Shown: positions 18,801 through 27,642, counted from the first letter of the stretch. The stretch: 64,000 nucleotides of DNA from an uncultured Haloferula sp. (GCA_965652295.1 CBFGTS010000001.1:576001-640000), one strand, 5' to 3'. Numbers and translations are program-made. Notes: generated by a model from the letters alone, not told the origin.

Positions 18801-19962
18801 CGATGCCGGCTACCTCGCCGGATTCGCCGACGATCCCGCGACGCTGGAAAAGCACCACCGCCCGGATGAGACGGACATCGATATCGAGGCGCGGGTGCGC
18901 TCCTACCTTGATGTCAATTGCGCCTACTGCCACCAGGCCGGCGGCAGCGCGCCGCCTTCGTGGAATGGCCGGGCGCATCTTTCGCTCGCCCAGACCGGGC
19001 TGCTCTACGGCGCGTTGCTCAGTGAGGGGAGCCCCTCGCTTTCCGATCATCTGATCCGGCCGGGAGATAAGAACCACTCGGCGCTGTGGAACAAAATCAA
19101 CGCCCGCGGTGCGATCAACGGCACCTATAACGGCTACACGCAAATGCCGCCGCTTGGCTCAAACGTTCTCGACGAAGAGGCGATCGCCCTGATCGCCGAG
19201 TGGATCGATCATCACGCGAACGTGGCGCCCGTGCCTGCCAGTGGCAGCCTTGCCGCGGCGGAAGTATCGGAAAACGAACTGGTGGGATACCTGCTTGGAA
19301 CTGCCTCCGCCGCCGATCCCGACGTGCGCGATGGCGTGGCGGATCAATCACAGCTCCGCTACCGGATCGCCGGTGGAAACGAAGCCGGGCTGTTCGGGAT
19401 CGATGAGTCCACCGGCGAACTCGAGGTCAACGGCATTCTCGACTATGAACGGCAAACTCAGTATTTGCTGACCCTCGAGGTGGACGATGGCTTCGAACCG
19501 AACCCGGGCGTAACGCAACACACGGTGGTCATCGATCTGATCGACGAGACCGCACCCGATGCCACTGCGGATGCGAATGGCAACGGCACCTTCGACGTCT
19601 GGGAGCAAACCTTCGGTCTCGGCCTGGACGCTGCGGCCGATACCGACGGCGACGGAGTCCGGGATTTCTTCGAGTTTCTCAGCGGCGGGGATCCGCAAGT
19701 GGCGGACCAGCCGGCCACGTTGGCCCTCTCCCACCGAACCGGTGCCGATGGACAGCGCCTTGCCTGGAACGTCCGCAACGGTCTTGCGCTGGACGAGCAC
19801 TACCAGGTGCAGCTCACCGACGGGCTCGACGTATGGACGCCGCTCGGTGCGGGCCAGTATGAGATTCTCTCCGTCACTCCGGTTTCCGCCGGCGTCTCCC
19901 GGGTTGAGATCCGCGTCCCGGCCTCCGGGCCGCGGCAGTTCCTGCGGCTCTCGGCACCTTGA
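15817..19962 (+). CDS. Secreted multidomain redox protein: domain Y + Ig/Big-like + PQQ-type glucose/sorbosone dehydrogenase propeller + diheme cytochrome c + cadherin + C-terminal putative sorting domain
   Basis: FGPDGYLYVSFGD, EIWAVGLRNP and GDVG...EE motifs; CMTCH and CAYCH heme motifs; cadherin LDYE; ends RQFLRLSAP. Confidence 0.88.
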   Translation: MKRNQASSRLAAPVILGWLGFGSWAVADWSLIEDFEGFSPGDSGGFSQIFGDPDIISVVSDPLVDGLGLGVTGGGGGGRLSGSDAPWVIAPEGGKGTLFFQAAAVATGSDLLFAFGRSGVTQYSSLSVLFRLPADLILEVHDGGYVNTGTSVELNTVHNFWVVIDNDTNRWDLYTSTGADAPQLVQDDISFRSTVSGNIDTIYLGTNSGSIYAIDNIYADSGSENLGFPPISALQPVAETDAVEVGVGGAIRFDPLANDTGSLDPASLEIIAAPTHGTATVSDGRMVYRHDGGVAATDSFSYRVGNLPGTAHAEAVVAVSIHDAMRLANSTLQVPAEPPSAATGTMVIEDALPGLTFPEAIAMTTIPGSPESLLVASTRGDIWYVPDSTAANPTRHLVLNLDSLTNETRGRSIYSLECFPDFATTGHIVVTYQGDATRLPQPTSSIPNLDKDGEPYSTITCDLRISRFTLSPAHLEGAMDGLSSGENADVLATEWPYLNLAEQDFFHSINDAKFGPDGYLYVSFGDEGDQGAPYRNTQTITKDQYSSVIRIDVDPASTNPKPNPHYAIAVGPLNGSHSPNTPFTDAAVQEPNFRVPADNPFVTPARGGSWDGFFNGIDHSAVLDQVRDEIWAVGLRNPFKIHIDQEEGSGETEVWVGDVGKNDREEFTVLKKGGNGGWAFYEGEILTPDLNYTPPEPAGSNPHAPPVFAYPHTSGNNSATGGIVYHGTRLASLTGRYLAGDFGSGRIWSISRDGSSVVELTGLRQSSNRIVDFHPDPITGDIFVLENNTWSGGALPRVLRITLQEVAQEDYPQTLSELGIFADLADFSPNPGVVPYEVNLRFWSDGADKSRWFSIPDLGDTMGYSRDGNWSFPEGMVWVKHFDFDLDRSQPGSQVKRLETRVLVRNAGGAYGVSYRWNEEGTGATLVPNEGQGFPIDYTEADGSPASLTWQIPARAECMTCHTESGGHALSMNTRQFNRPAALAGREGNLLGLLSDAGYLAGFADDPATLEKHHRPDETDIDIEARVRSYLDVNCAYCHQAGGSAPPSWNGRAHLSLAQTGLLYGALLSEGSPSLSDHLIRPGDKNHSALWNKINARGAINGTYNGYTQMPPLGSNVLDEEAIALIAEWIDHHANVAPVPASGSLAAAEVSENELVGYLLGTASAADPDVRDGVADQSQLRYRIAGGNEAGLFGIDESTGELEVNGILDYERQTQYLLTLEVDDGFEPNPGVTQHTVVIDLIDETAPDATADANGNGTFDVWEQTFGLGLDAAADTDGDGVRDFFEFLSGGDPQVADQPATLALSHRTGADGQRLAWNVRNGLALDEHYQVQLTDGLDVWTPLGAGQYEILSVTPVSAGVSRVEIRVPASGPRQFLRLSAP

Positions 19963-20031
19963 GAGAAAAACCGGCCAGGGCTCCTCCATTAGGGAGCGAG
20001 CCGGGCCCTGCTTGGAACAAAATGGTTTTCG

Positions 20032-20123
20032 GGACCAGGATGGATGGGATGAATAGGATGGAAATGCAGGGAACCGCATCCGGCAGCTTCAAAATATCTC
20101 ATCCATCCTATCCATCCTGGTCC
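20032..20123. repeat. Long inverted repeat with 9-nt internal periodicity between convergent genes
   Basis: GGACCAGGATGGATGGGATG vs CATCCTATCCATCCTGGTCC (19/20 complementary). Confidence 0.75.
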
Positions 20124-20201
20124 ACCAACAGCAGTGGTCCTCGTTTTCTCCCTAACGTAGCCCTGGAAAACCGGCGGCTTCGTCCGCGCCATGCGGGCTC
20201 A

Positions 20202-20933
20202 TCAGCCCAGCGTTCCCGTTCCGGAACGGGCGATCTTGATGAAGACCTCATCGAGGTCGCGGCCGGCAAAGCGTTGGGTGATCTCCGCCGTGGTGCCCTC
20301 GGCGAGGATCGTTCCCTCGTGCAGGAAGAGCACGCGGTCGCAGACTTCCTCGATATCGCGCATGTTGTGGGAGGTGTAGAGGATCGCCGGATGGCGTTCG
20401 CGCTGCACGCGGCGGATGAGCTTGCGGACCTTGTCGGCGATGTCGGGATCGAGCGACGCGGTCGGCTCGTCGAGCAGCAGCAGCTCCGGGTCGTTGAGCA
20501 GCGCCTTGGCGAGGTTCACGCGGGTGCTCTCGCCCGCCGAGAGCTGCCCGGTCACCTTGTCGGCGAGGCGCTCGATTTCGAGGATCCCGAGCAGCTCGTC
20601 CACCTTGCGGCGGGGGTTTTTCACACCGTAGAGACGGGCGAAGATTTCGAGATTGGCACGGACCCGGAGGTTCCCGGGAAGGGTCGCGTAGGTGGTGCAG
20701 AAATTGGTGCGTTCGAGGATCTTGATACGGTGCTTGGCGAGATCGAGGCCGAAGACGTGGATCGATCCGGAGGTCGGCGTGATCAGCCCGAGGATCATGT
20801 TCATCAGCGTCGTCTTGCCGGCCCCGTTGACGCCCAGCAGGCCCACCGTCTCGCCCTTCGCCACGTTCAGCGAGACGTGGTTCACGGCGGTGAAGGAGCC
20901 GAAGCTTTTGCGGATTTCGTGGATCTCCAGCAT
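20202..20933 (-). CDS. ABC transporter ATP-binding protein (ABC-2/drug-export type), no adjacent permease
   Basis: Walker A GVNGAGKT, signature LSAGE, Walker B LLLLDEPT, H-loop TSH. Confidence 0.93.
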   Translation of the reverse strand: MLEIHEIRKSFGSFTAVNHVSLNVAKGETVGLLGVNGAGKTTLMNMILGLITPTSGSIHVFGLDLAKHRIKILERTNFCTTYATLPGNLRVRANLEIFARLYGVKNPRRKVDELLGILEIERLADKVTGQLSAGESTRVNLAKALLNDPELLLLDEPTASLDPDIADKVRKLIRRVQRERHPAILYTSHNMRDIEEVCDRVLFLHEGTILAEGTTAEITQRFAGRDLDEVFIKIARSGTGTLG

Positions 20934-21119
20934 GAGGTCGCGGGGCTGGAGGATCTCTGGCGAGAAGAGGGGGAAATGCAACGAAACAATGGGTGCGCGC
21001 GGTTCCGGGGCATCGCTTCGGGAGGGGATTTGCCCTCTTTCTGCACCCTTTGAAGGATGGGGACAGGTGCGGCTTGTCAAAAAGCTGCTCACTTCCGATA
21101 TCCATCCCGCCGACTCCCC

Positions 21120-22637
21120 ATGTTCGAACAAGCCTTCAAAAACCTCGACGACGTCCTCTGGAAGGAGGCCGGCTGCTCGTCGGAACTCGACTACACCGAG
21201 CAAACCTCATGGCTCCTTTTCCTGAAATACCTCGACGACCTCGAACGCGAGAAAGCCCAGCGGGCCGAATTGGTCGGCGAGAAATACGAGTACGTCATCG
21301 ACGACGCCCACGCCTGGTCCACTTGGGCGGCACCGAAGGACGATGACGGGAGGCTCGATCACGACCTCGCCGACACCGGCCCGGATCTGATCGATTTCGT
21401 CAACAACGACCTCTTCCCCTACCTCAAGGGCTTCAAGTCCCGCGCCTCGGCTCCCGACACCATCGAATACAAAATCGGCGAGATCTTCGGCGAGCTGACC
21501 AACAAGTTCCGCTCCGGCTACTCGCTGCGCGACGCGCTCGACCTGATCGACCAGCTCCGCTTCCGCTCGCAGAAGGAGAAGCACGAGCTCTCCGATCTCT
21601 ACGAGACCCGCATCAAGAACATGGGGAACGCCGGGCGCAACGGCGGCGAATACTACACGCCTCGGCCGCTGATCCGCGCGATGATCGCCGTGTCCAAGCC
21701 GAAACTCGGTGAGCGGATCTACGATGGTGCCTGCGGCTCCGCCGGCTTCCTGTGCGAGGCCTACGACTACCTCCGCCACGGGGCGGACGGGAAAAGCGGC
21801 GACAAACTGAGCGCCTCGCAGCTCGAAACGCTCCAGCGCCGCACCCTCTACGGGAAGGAGAAGAAGAGCCTGGCCTACGTCATCGCCATCATGAACCTCA
21901 TCCTCCACGGGATCGAGGCACCGAACATCGTCCACTCCAACACCCTCGCCGACCACGACCCCGACGTGCAGGAGAAGGACCGCTACGACCTGGTGCTGGC
22001 GAATCCGCCTTTCGGCGGCAAGGAGCGGAAGGAAGTGCAGCAGAACTTCCCGATCAAGACCGGCGAGACCGCCTTCCTCTTCCTCCAGCACTTCATCCGC
22101 ATGCTGCGCGCCGGCGGTCGCGGGGCGATCGTGATCAAGAACACCTTCCTCTCGAATTCCGACAACGCCTCGGTGGCCCTGCGCCGCGAGCTGCTGGAAA
22201 GCTGCAACCTCCACACCGTGCTCGATTGTCCCGGCGGCACCTTCCAAGGCGCGGGCGTGAAGACGGTCGTCCTGTTCTTCGAGAAAGGCGCGCCGACCCG
22301 GAAGGTGTGGTACTACCAGCTCGATCCCGGCCGCAACCTCGGCAAGACCAACCCGCTCAACGACGCCGACCTCGCCGACTTCGTCGAAAAGCAGGCCCGC
22401 TTCGCCGACTCCGACCGCAGTTGGTCGGTCAAGCTCGCCGACATCGACCCCGCGACCTGGGACCTGTCGGTGAAGAACCCGAACGTCGAGGAAGAGGACG
22501 CGCTACGGGAGCCGGAGGCGATCATCGCGGAGATCCGGAAGTTGGATAAGGAGAGTGAAGAAGTTTTGTTGTCGATTGCGGCCCTTTTTGGTGAGTGCGA
22601 CAGCAATCTGAAACAACCCGGAGCGACGAGCCGATGA
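21120..22637 (+). CDS. hsdM: Type I R-M methyltransferase subunit (N6-adenine)
   Basis: GEYYTPR, motif I YDGACGSAGFL, catalytic NPPF. Confidence 0.96.
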   Translation: MFEQAFKNLDDVLWKEAGCSSELDYTEQTSWLLFLKYLDDLEREKAQRAELVGEKYEYVIDDAHAWSTWAAPKDDDGRLDHDLADTGPDLIDFVNNDLFPYLKGFKSRASAPDTIEYKIGEIFGELTNKFRSGYSLRDALDLIDQLRFRSQKEKHELSDLYETRIKNMGNAGRNGGEYYTPRPLIRAMIAVSKPKLGERIYDGACGSAGFLCEAYDYLRHGADGKSGDKLSASQLETLQRRTLYGKEKKSLAYVIAIMNLILHGIEAPNIVHSNTLADHDPDVQEKDRYDLVLANPPFGGKERKEVQQNFPIKTGETAFLFLQHFIRMLRAGGRGAIVIKNTFLSNSDNASVALRRELLESCNLHTVLDCPGGTFQGAGVKTVVLFFEKGAPTRKVWYYQLDPGRNLGKTNPLNDADLADFVEKQARFADSDRSWSVKLADIDPATWDLSVKNPNVEEEDALREPEAIIAEIRKLDKESEEVLLSIAALFGECDSNLKQPGATSR

Positions 22638-23854
22638 ACGAATGGCCCAGTAGTACCCTTGGGGAACTTTATGAAATTGCCCGAGGCGGGTCGCCGAGGC
22701 CTATTAAATCCTTCGTTACGACCGCGCCAGACGGTCTGAATTGGATTCGGATCGGAGATGCCCCACCGGGCTCCAAGTATATTTTCAAGACCGAACAAAA
22801 GATCAAACCGAGCGGTTTGAAAAAATCCCGATTGGTGAACGAGGGTGATTTTATCCTCTCGAACTCGATGAGCTTCGGGCGTCCATATATCATGCGGACG
22901 ACTGGATGCATCCACGACGGTTGGTTGGTGCTAAAGCCCCGGGAGAAGAGCTTCGATCAGAACTTTGCCTATTACCTCCTTGGATCGCCGTTGATTTTTC
23001 AACAGTTTGACCAACTTGCTGGCGGGTCCGTCGTGCGCAACTTGAACTCTGATTTGGTTAGAGGTGTAACGGTCCCGGTCCCGCCCCTCTCCGAGCAGGA
23101 GCGGATCGTGGGGATTCTGGATGAAGCGTTTGAGGGGATCGCGACCGCCACCGCCCACGCCGAACGCAACCTCCACAACGCCCGTGAACTCTTCCAAAGC
23201 GTCCTCCAATCCACCTTCCGGCAGAAGGGCGAGGATTGGGTGGAGACGACAGTTGGTGAGATCTGCGAAATCACCCACGGCTTCGCGTTCAAAGGGCCTG
23301 ATTTCGCAAAGTCGGCCGATCCCGAGCTCCCGATCGTGCTTACACCCGGAGATTTCACCGAAGATGCTCGGCTCGATTTCGATCGGGAGAATACGAAGCG
23401 TCTGACGAGTTCACCCCCGAAGGACTACACGTTTGAGAAAGGCGATCTGGTAGTGGTAATGACAGACCTTTCTTCAAAAATGAAAATCCTCGGGAAGCCA
23501 GCCTTCATCGAGCGGGAGAACGTTCTTCATAATCAACGGATTGGGCGGGTGGTCTTTAGGAATGCTGAGGTGGATAAGAGGTTCCTGTATTACTACTTTC
23601 GAACACCGCACTTTTTGGAGGGAGTTAAATCCAGTGCGACCGGCACGATGGTGAAGCACACGGCACCAAAGAGGATTTGTGCTGCTGTTTTGTCGTATCC
23701 CGAATCATTTGCCACCCAACAGGCCATCGTCGCCAAGCTCGACGCCCTGTCCGCGGAGACACGGCGGCTGGAAGCGATCTACGAGCGCAAGCTCGCCGCG
23801 CTGGCGGAGCTGAAGCAATCCCTCCTCCACCGCGCTTTCTCCGGGAAGCTTTGA
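22634..23854 (+). CDS. hsdS: Type I R-M specificity subunit
   Basis: Two TRDs separated by conserved PVPPLSEQERIV...; C-terminal QQAIVAKLD...LKQSLLHRAFSGKL; ATGA overlap with hsdM. Confidence 0.95.
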   Translation: MNEWPSSTLGELYEIARGGSPRPIKSFVTTAPDGLNWIRIGDAPPGSKYIFKTEQKIKPSGLKKSRLVNEGDFILSNSMSFGRPYIMRTTGCIHDGWLVLKPREKSFDQNFAYYLLGSPLIFQQFDQLAGGSVVRNLNSDLVRGVTVPVPPLSEQERIVGILDEAFEGIATATAHAERNLHNARELFQSVLQSTFRQKGEDWVETTVGEICEITHGFAFKGPDFAKSADPELPIVLTPGDFTEDARLDFDRENTKRLTSSPPKDYTFEKGDLVVVMTDLSSKMKILGKPAFIERENVLHNQRIGRVVFRNAEVDKRFLYYYFRTPHFLEGVKSSATGTMVKHTAPKRICAAVLSYPESFATQQAIVAKLDALSAETRRLEAIYERKLAALAELKQSLLHRAFSGKL

Positions 23855-23863
23855 GACGATGCC

Positions 23864-25252
23864 ATGAATCGGGATTACACGCTGACCGCCGACCAAGAGC
23901 CGATCATTGGACGGTTCTGGCTGCCTGGTGAGGAAGACGAGCACGAGTTTTCCGGTATTCTTCGTTTGCAAGCAGGCCAATCTGCTCATCTCGAAACTCA
24001 CGAATTCAACGATTTGGGAATGTTGAACATGTTTCCAAGTGTGAAGCGGTCAGGAAATGGAGAGGGGCTGCATTTGCAGGGAGAGGCTTTCGAGGCTGCC
24101 CGGCGTCTCCCAGCCTACAAGGTGCTTCACGGGCATGACGAGCATGGGAAAAAGATCACTCTGCTGCGTGCGTCGGCAAGGTCCAGCCGGAGCACGCTTG
24201 CCATGAGCCGCTTGGAGTTTTCGTCCCAAGCCGTGATCTTTGGCGAGAACTTCGATCCTCAAGCAGCCTCGTTTGCAGGGCTGCGAATGCGGGTGGATCA
24301 CCTCGACGAATGGTTGGGAAGGTGTGCGTTCCAGCACTTCAACGAGACCTTCTCTGAGGAAGACGGCCGCCGGCGATTGTCCAAGGTCACGATTCCGGTT
24401 GCGCGGAATGGCGCTATTTCTCTCGGGTTGCCGGGCTATCGGGGGAGTCGGTTTTTCTGCTCCTACACGATGAGCTATGACATCCAAAGATTCGAGATGA
24501 GCGGCTGCGTTTATCTGGACCTCATGTTCGAGACACCCCTGCCGTTCTGGGAGCTGATGGAGCATGTGCATCGCTGGGAGTGGTTCTTCAGTCTTGCCGC
24601 GGGAGATACGCTGGATCTTGCCTACCTTGAAATTTATCCAAGTGGTGGAGAGGATGATGGCTTTCCGAACGGAGGGTATCCGGTGTGGGTTCGAAGGAGG
24701 AATAATCCGACGCCTCGCGATTCCAAGTTTCGGAGCGAGGGCTTTCATTTCACTTATCCCGACACGGAGGCCGACTTTCCTGACATCGTGAGGCGCTGGC
24801 AGAATCTTCGGAATTCGTGGGATGCCGTGCTGCATCGATGGTATGCGGTGATGATTCCTCGGGACCTTTGGATCAACGAGCGATTCCTATTCTTGGCTCA
24901 GGGATTGGAATCCATGCATCGAGCCAAGCAGGGAGTCGCGGGACAGGTCGATTTGGCCACAGCGGCGAAGTGTGCTTGGGAGGCAGCCCCCCCGGAATTG
25001 AGAGAGATCCTGGGCAAGAAGCGGAATTTCAAGAAGCGCTACCGCAAGACCCGGAACTACTGGACCCACTACGGAGAGCCAAGTCCGGCGACGGATCCAG
25101 AGGTGCTGGATGACGACGAGCTCTTCTGTTTCACCGAGGCCCTTCGCTACGTCATCGAAGCGGCTCTGCTCACAGAACTTGGGGTCCCTGAAAGCTGTGT
25201 TCGCAAGGTCTGGAGCCAACGATGGAGAAGTCACCTTGTTGATTTCACCTAA
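23864..25252 (+). CDS. ApeA-like HEPN-domain protein (putative anti-phage RNase)
   Basis: N-terminal GRFWLP...GILR and LHG...GKKITL resemble the ApeA N-terminal domain; FLFLAQGLES then HEPN R-x4-H (RNYWTH). Confidence 0.75.
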   Translation: MNRDYTLTADQEPIIGRFWLPGEEDEHEFSGILRLQAGQSAHLETHEFNDLGMLNMFPSVKRSGNGEGLHLQGEAFEAARRLPAYKVLHGHDEHGKKITLLRASARSSRSTLAMSRLEFSSQAVIFGENFDPQAASFAGLRMRVDHLDEWLGRCAFQHFNETFSEEDGRRRLSKVTIPVARNGAISLGLPGYRGSRFFCSYTMSYDIQRFEMSGCVYLDLMFETPLPFWELMEHVHRWEWFFSLAAGDTLDLAYLEIYPSGGEDDGFPNGGYPVWVRRRNNPTPRDSKFRSEGFHFTYPDTEADFPDIVRRWQNLRNSWDAVLHRWYAVMIPRDLWINERFLFLAQGLESMHRAKQGVAGQVDLATAAKCAWEAAPPELREILGKKRNFKKRYRKTRNYWTHYGEPSPATDPEVLDDDELFCFTEALRYVIEAALLTELGVPESCVRKVWSQRWRSHLVDFT

Positions 25253-25267
25253 AGCGCGTTTGTAGCC

Positions 25268-25741
25268 ATGCCTCCCACCTTCCGCCACTCCGCTGCCTTC
25301 GGGAAACGAATCGAATTCTACGTCGTCGGTCTCATGCTCAAAGAGGGATTGGACGTTTATCTGCCGTTGGTGGACGACAACCCCATCGACGCCGTGGTGA
25401 AGCGCCCGGACGGACGCTTCGTCGAGGTGCAGATCAAGGCGCGGTCAAAGAACTGCAATTTCGGTGACGGGGCCCTTTTTGCCGCCCTGACGCACGAGCT
25501 CCGTCCGAATTACTGGTTCGTCTTTTACTCGGAGCGGATGGAGACGATCTGGATCATGTCGTCGAACGAGTTCATCGAGCATTCGCACCAAAACAAGAAC
25601 GGAAAGAATGCCGGTAAACGCACGGTGTGGTTCAACGGCAAGAACACCAAGGCAGGCACCGAGCACGTGAAGCCGCAGTTCGAGAGGTTTGTGGCGTCGG
25701 ATTTTCGGCGCATTCTGGAAGAAGATCCGGACCAGACGTAG
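25268..25741 (+). CDS. Small stand-alone PD-(D/E)xK-fold nuclease-like protein
   Basis: GKRIEFYV...DDNPIDAVV...EVQIKARS pattern (E...D...QxK). Confidence 0.7.
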   Translation: MPPTFRHSAAFGKRIEFYVVGLMLKEGLDVYLPLVDDNPIDAVVKRPDGRFVEVQIKARSKNCNFGDGALFAALTHELRPNYWFVFYSERMETIWIMSSNEFIEHSHQNKNGKNAGKRTVWFNGKNTKAGTEHVKPQFERFVASDFRRILEEDPDQT

Positions 25742-25820
25742 AAGCGGACCGCTTGTTCTGGTCACTTGCCGGATTCGGGCTTGTCACGCTGCTGACGGAA
25801 ATACTATTCACCAGAACATC

Positions 25821-26711
25821 ATGCGCCTGCTCCATCGCCAGAAGCTCCTCCTTTCCCTCGTCCAAGCGGCGGGAGGGACGCTGGGTGCCACGGACGTGCA
25901 GAAGCTGCTCTTCCTCTACACGCGGAAGTGGGAGCGGGAGGCGTCATTCCAATTCGTGCCCTACCGATTCGGATGCTTTTCGTTCCAGTCCTACGCGGAT
26001 CGTAAGTATCTGGAGCAGAAGGGATTGCTGGTGGTCGATGAGAACAACCGCTGGGAGATCACGGCCAAAGCCAAGCCCTTCGTGCCGCAGGACGTGACGG
26101 CACGGTTACGGATCTTCGTAGACCGCACGGTGCCGGAGCGCGGAAGGGCTCTGGTGGAGCGCGTTTATCGGGAGGATCCGTTTTTCGCCACCCGCAGCGA
26201 GATGCTCCCGGAAGTGATTCCCTCGGCAAAGGAGCGGAAAGACCTGCTTTCGTCGGTCCCTGTCCCGACGGGGCGAGCCTTGTTCACGATCGGCTACGAG
26301 GGCGACAGCATCGATGGCTACCTTCAGCGCCTCATCCGGAACCGTGTGAAGCTGCTTTGCGACGTGAGGCGGAATCCGCTGAGCCGGAAGACAGGATTCT
26401 CCAAGAACCAGCTTGCGACGTATTGCAGCCGGGTGGGTATCGGCTACCTCCACGTGCCGGAGCTGGGCATTCCCGGCCACCGGCGGATGGAACTGAACAG
26501 CCAGGCCGACTACGACGCGCTCTTCGCCGAGTATGAGGTGGAGGACCTCCCACAGCAGGAGGATGCGGTGGCGCGATTGGTGAACCTGCTGGATGAACAT
26601 GAGCGGATTGCGCTTACCTGCTTCGAGAAGGAACCGCACTGCTGCCACCGCCACTGCGTGGCCGAGGCCATGGAAAAGCTGCCTGGCTGTCCGGTGGCCC
26701 AACACATCTAG
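25821..26711 (+). CDS. Winged-helix (SocA/DarG-CTD-like) N-terminal domain fused to DUF488
   Basis: N-terminal VQKLLFL...FVPYRFGCFS; C-terminal FTIGYEG, DVRRNPLSRK.GFSK and LTCFE....CHR typical of DUF488. Confidence 0.8.
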   Translation: MRLLHRQKLLLSLVQAAGGTLGATDVQKLLFLYTRKWEREASFQFVPYRFGCFSFQSYADRKYLEQKGLLVVDENNRWEITAKAKPFVPQDVTARLRIFVDRTVPERGRALVERVYREDPFFATRSEMLPEVIPSAKERKDLLSSVPVPTGRALFTIGYEGDSIDGYLQRLIRNRVKLLCDVRRNPLSRKTGFSKNQLATYCSRVGIGYLHVPELGIPGHRRMELNSQADYDALFAEYEVEDLPQQEDAVARLVNLLDEHERIALTCFEKEPHCCHRHCVAEAMEKLPGCPVAQHI

Positions 26712-26724
26712 CCGTTTCTCCACC

Positions 26725-27555
26725 ATGGCCACCGAGCGTATTTTGATCACCGTCAAAACCTACCCGACGCTCTCTTCGAAATACGGCGAACTCGTTTGCA
26801 CCGCCGGCTTGCGCGAGGACGGATCGTGGATCCGCATCTACCCGATCCCGTTCCGTAGCCTTGAAGAATACAAGAGGTTCGAGAAATGGCGCTTCATCAC
26901 GGTGAACGTCCACCGGAACGCCAGAGATTCCCGCCCGGAGAGCCACAAGATCGATATCACCACCTTGCAGCTCGCCGAGGACCGGCTCGACACGAAGGAC
27001 TGCTGGCGCGAGCGGCGCCGGTGGGTGCTGGGTGCAGGAGAGGTTCACACGAACCTTACGCGCTTGATCGAGCTGGCGAACCGCGAGAACAGCCTCTCGC
27101 TAGCCACTTTCAAGCCGGCACGGATGCTCGACTTCGTGGTGGAGGCGGATGAACGGGAGTGGTCGCCGGACAAGGTGGCCGCCATCTCGCAAGCCTCGCT
27201 CCAAGAGGAGATGTTTCCCGAGTTCCGCCCGGAGAAGCTGACCAAGCTCGTGGAAAAGCTGCCGTTCAAGTTTTCCTACCTGATCGAAGATGACGAAGGG
27301 CGGAAGTCGAAGATGATGATCGAGGACTGGGAGATCGGGGCGCTCTACTGGAACACCCTGAAGTCCTACGGCGATGAGAGCTCGGCGTTGGAGAAGGTTC
27401 GCGAGCAGTATTGGGACAATTTCATCAAGAAGGACCTTCACCTCTTCTTGGGGACGACCCGAGAATGGCACGGCCGAGGCAAGAACCCCTTCGTGATCAT
27501 CGGGGTGTTTTATCCCGACCATCAACTGCAGCAGGAACTCGATCTCTTCGGTTGA
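26725..27555 (+). CDS. Conserved hypothetical protein, possibly dual-OB-fold nucleic-acid-binding, partner of DUF488
   Basis: Clean ORF 13 nt after DUF488; VKTYP...VCTAG...GSWIRIYP N-terminus; IEDWE and LFLGT motifs; fold is inferred. Confidence 0.65.
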   Translation: MATERILITVKTYPTLSSKYGELVCTAGLREDGSWIRIYPIPFRSLEEYKRFEKWRFITVNVHRNARDSRPESHKIDITTLQLAEDRLDTKDCWRERRRWVLGAGEVHTNLTRLIELANRENSLSLATFKPARMLDFVVEADEREWSPDKVAAISQASLQEEMFPEFRPEKLTKLVEKLPFKFSYLIEDDEGRKSKMMIEDWEIGALYWNTLKSYGDESSALEKVREQYWDNFIKKDLHLFLGTTREWHGRGKNPFVIIGVFYPDHQLQQELDLFG

Positions 27556-27575
27556 GAAGACCAGAATGCTTCAGA

Positions 27576-27600
27576 AGCTCCTTTCGGAGCTGTCTTCTTC
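27576..27600 (+). terminator. Possible weak terminator before hsdR
   Basis: AGCTCC-TTTC-GGAGCT hairpin followed by a pyrimidine-rich run. Confidence 0.3.
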
Positions 27601-27642
27601 TGCTAGGCATACTTGCGCCTCCGGGTTAGAGCTAGCCCGTTC

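Noticed and set aside
20934..21203. Extended N-terminus of the ABC ATPase overlapping hsdM
   Set aside because: The ABC domain starts at MLEIHEIRKSF (20933); the extension has no domain features
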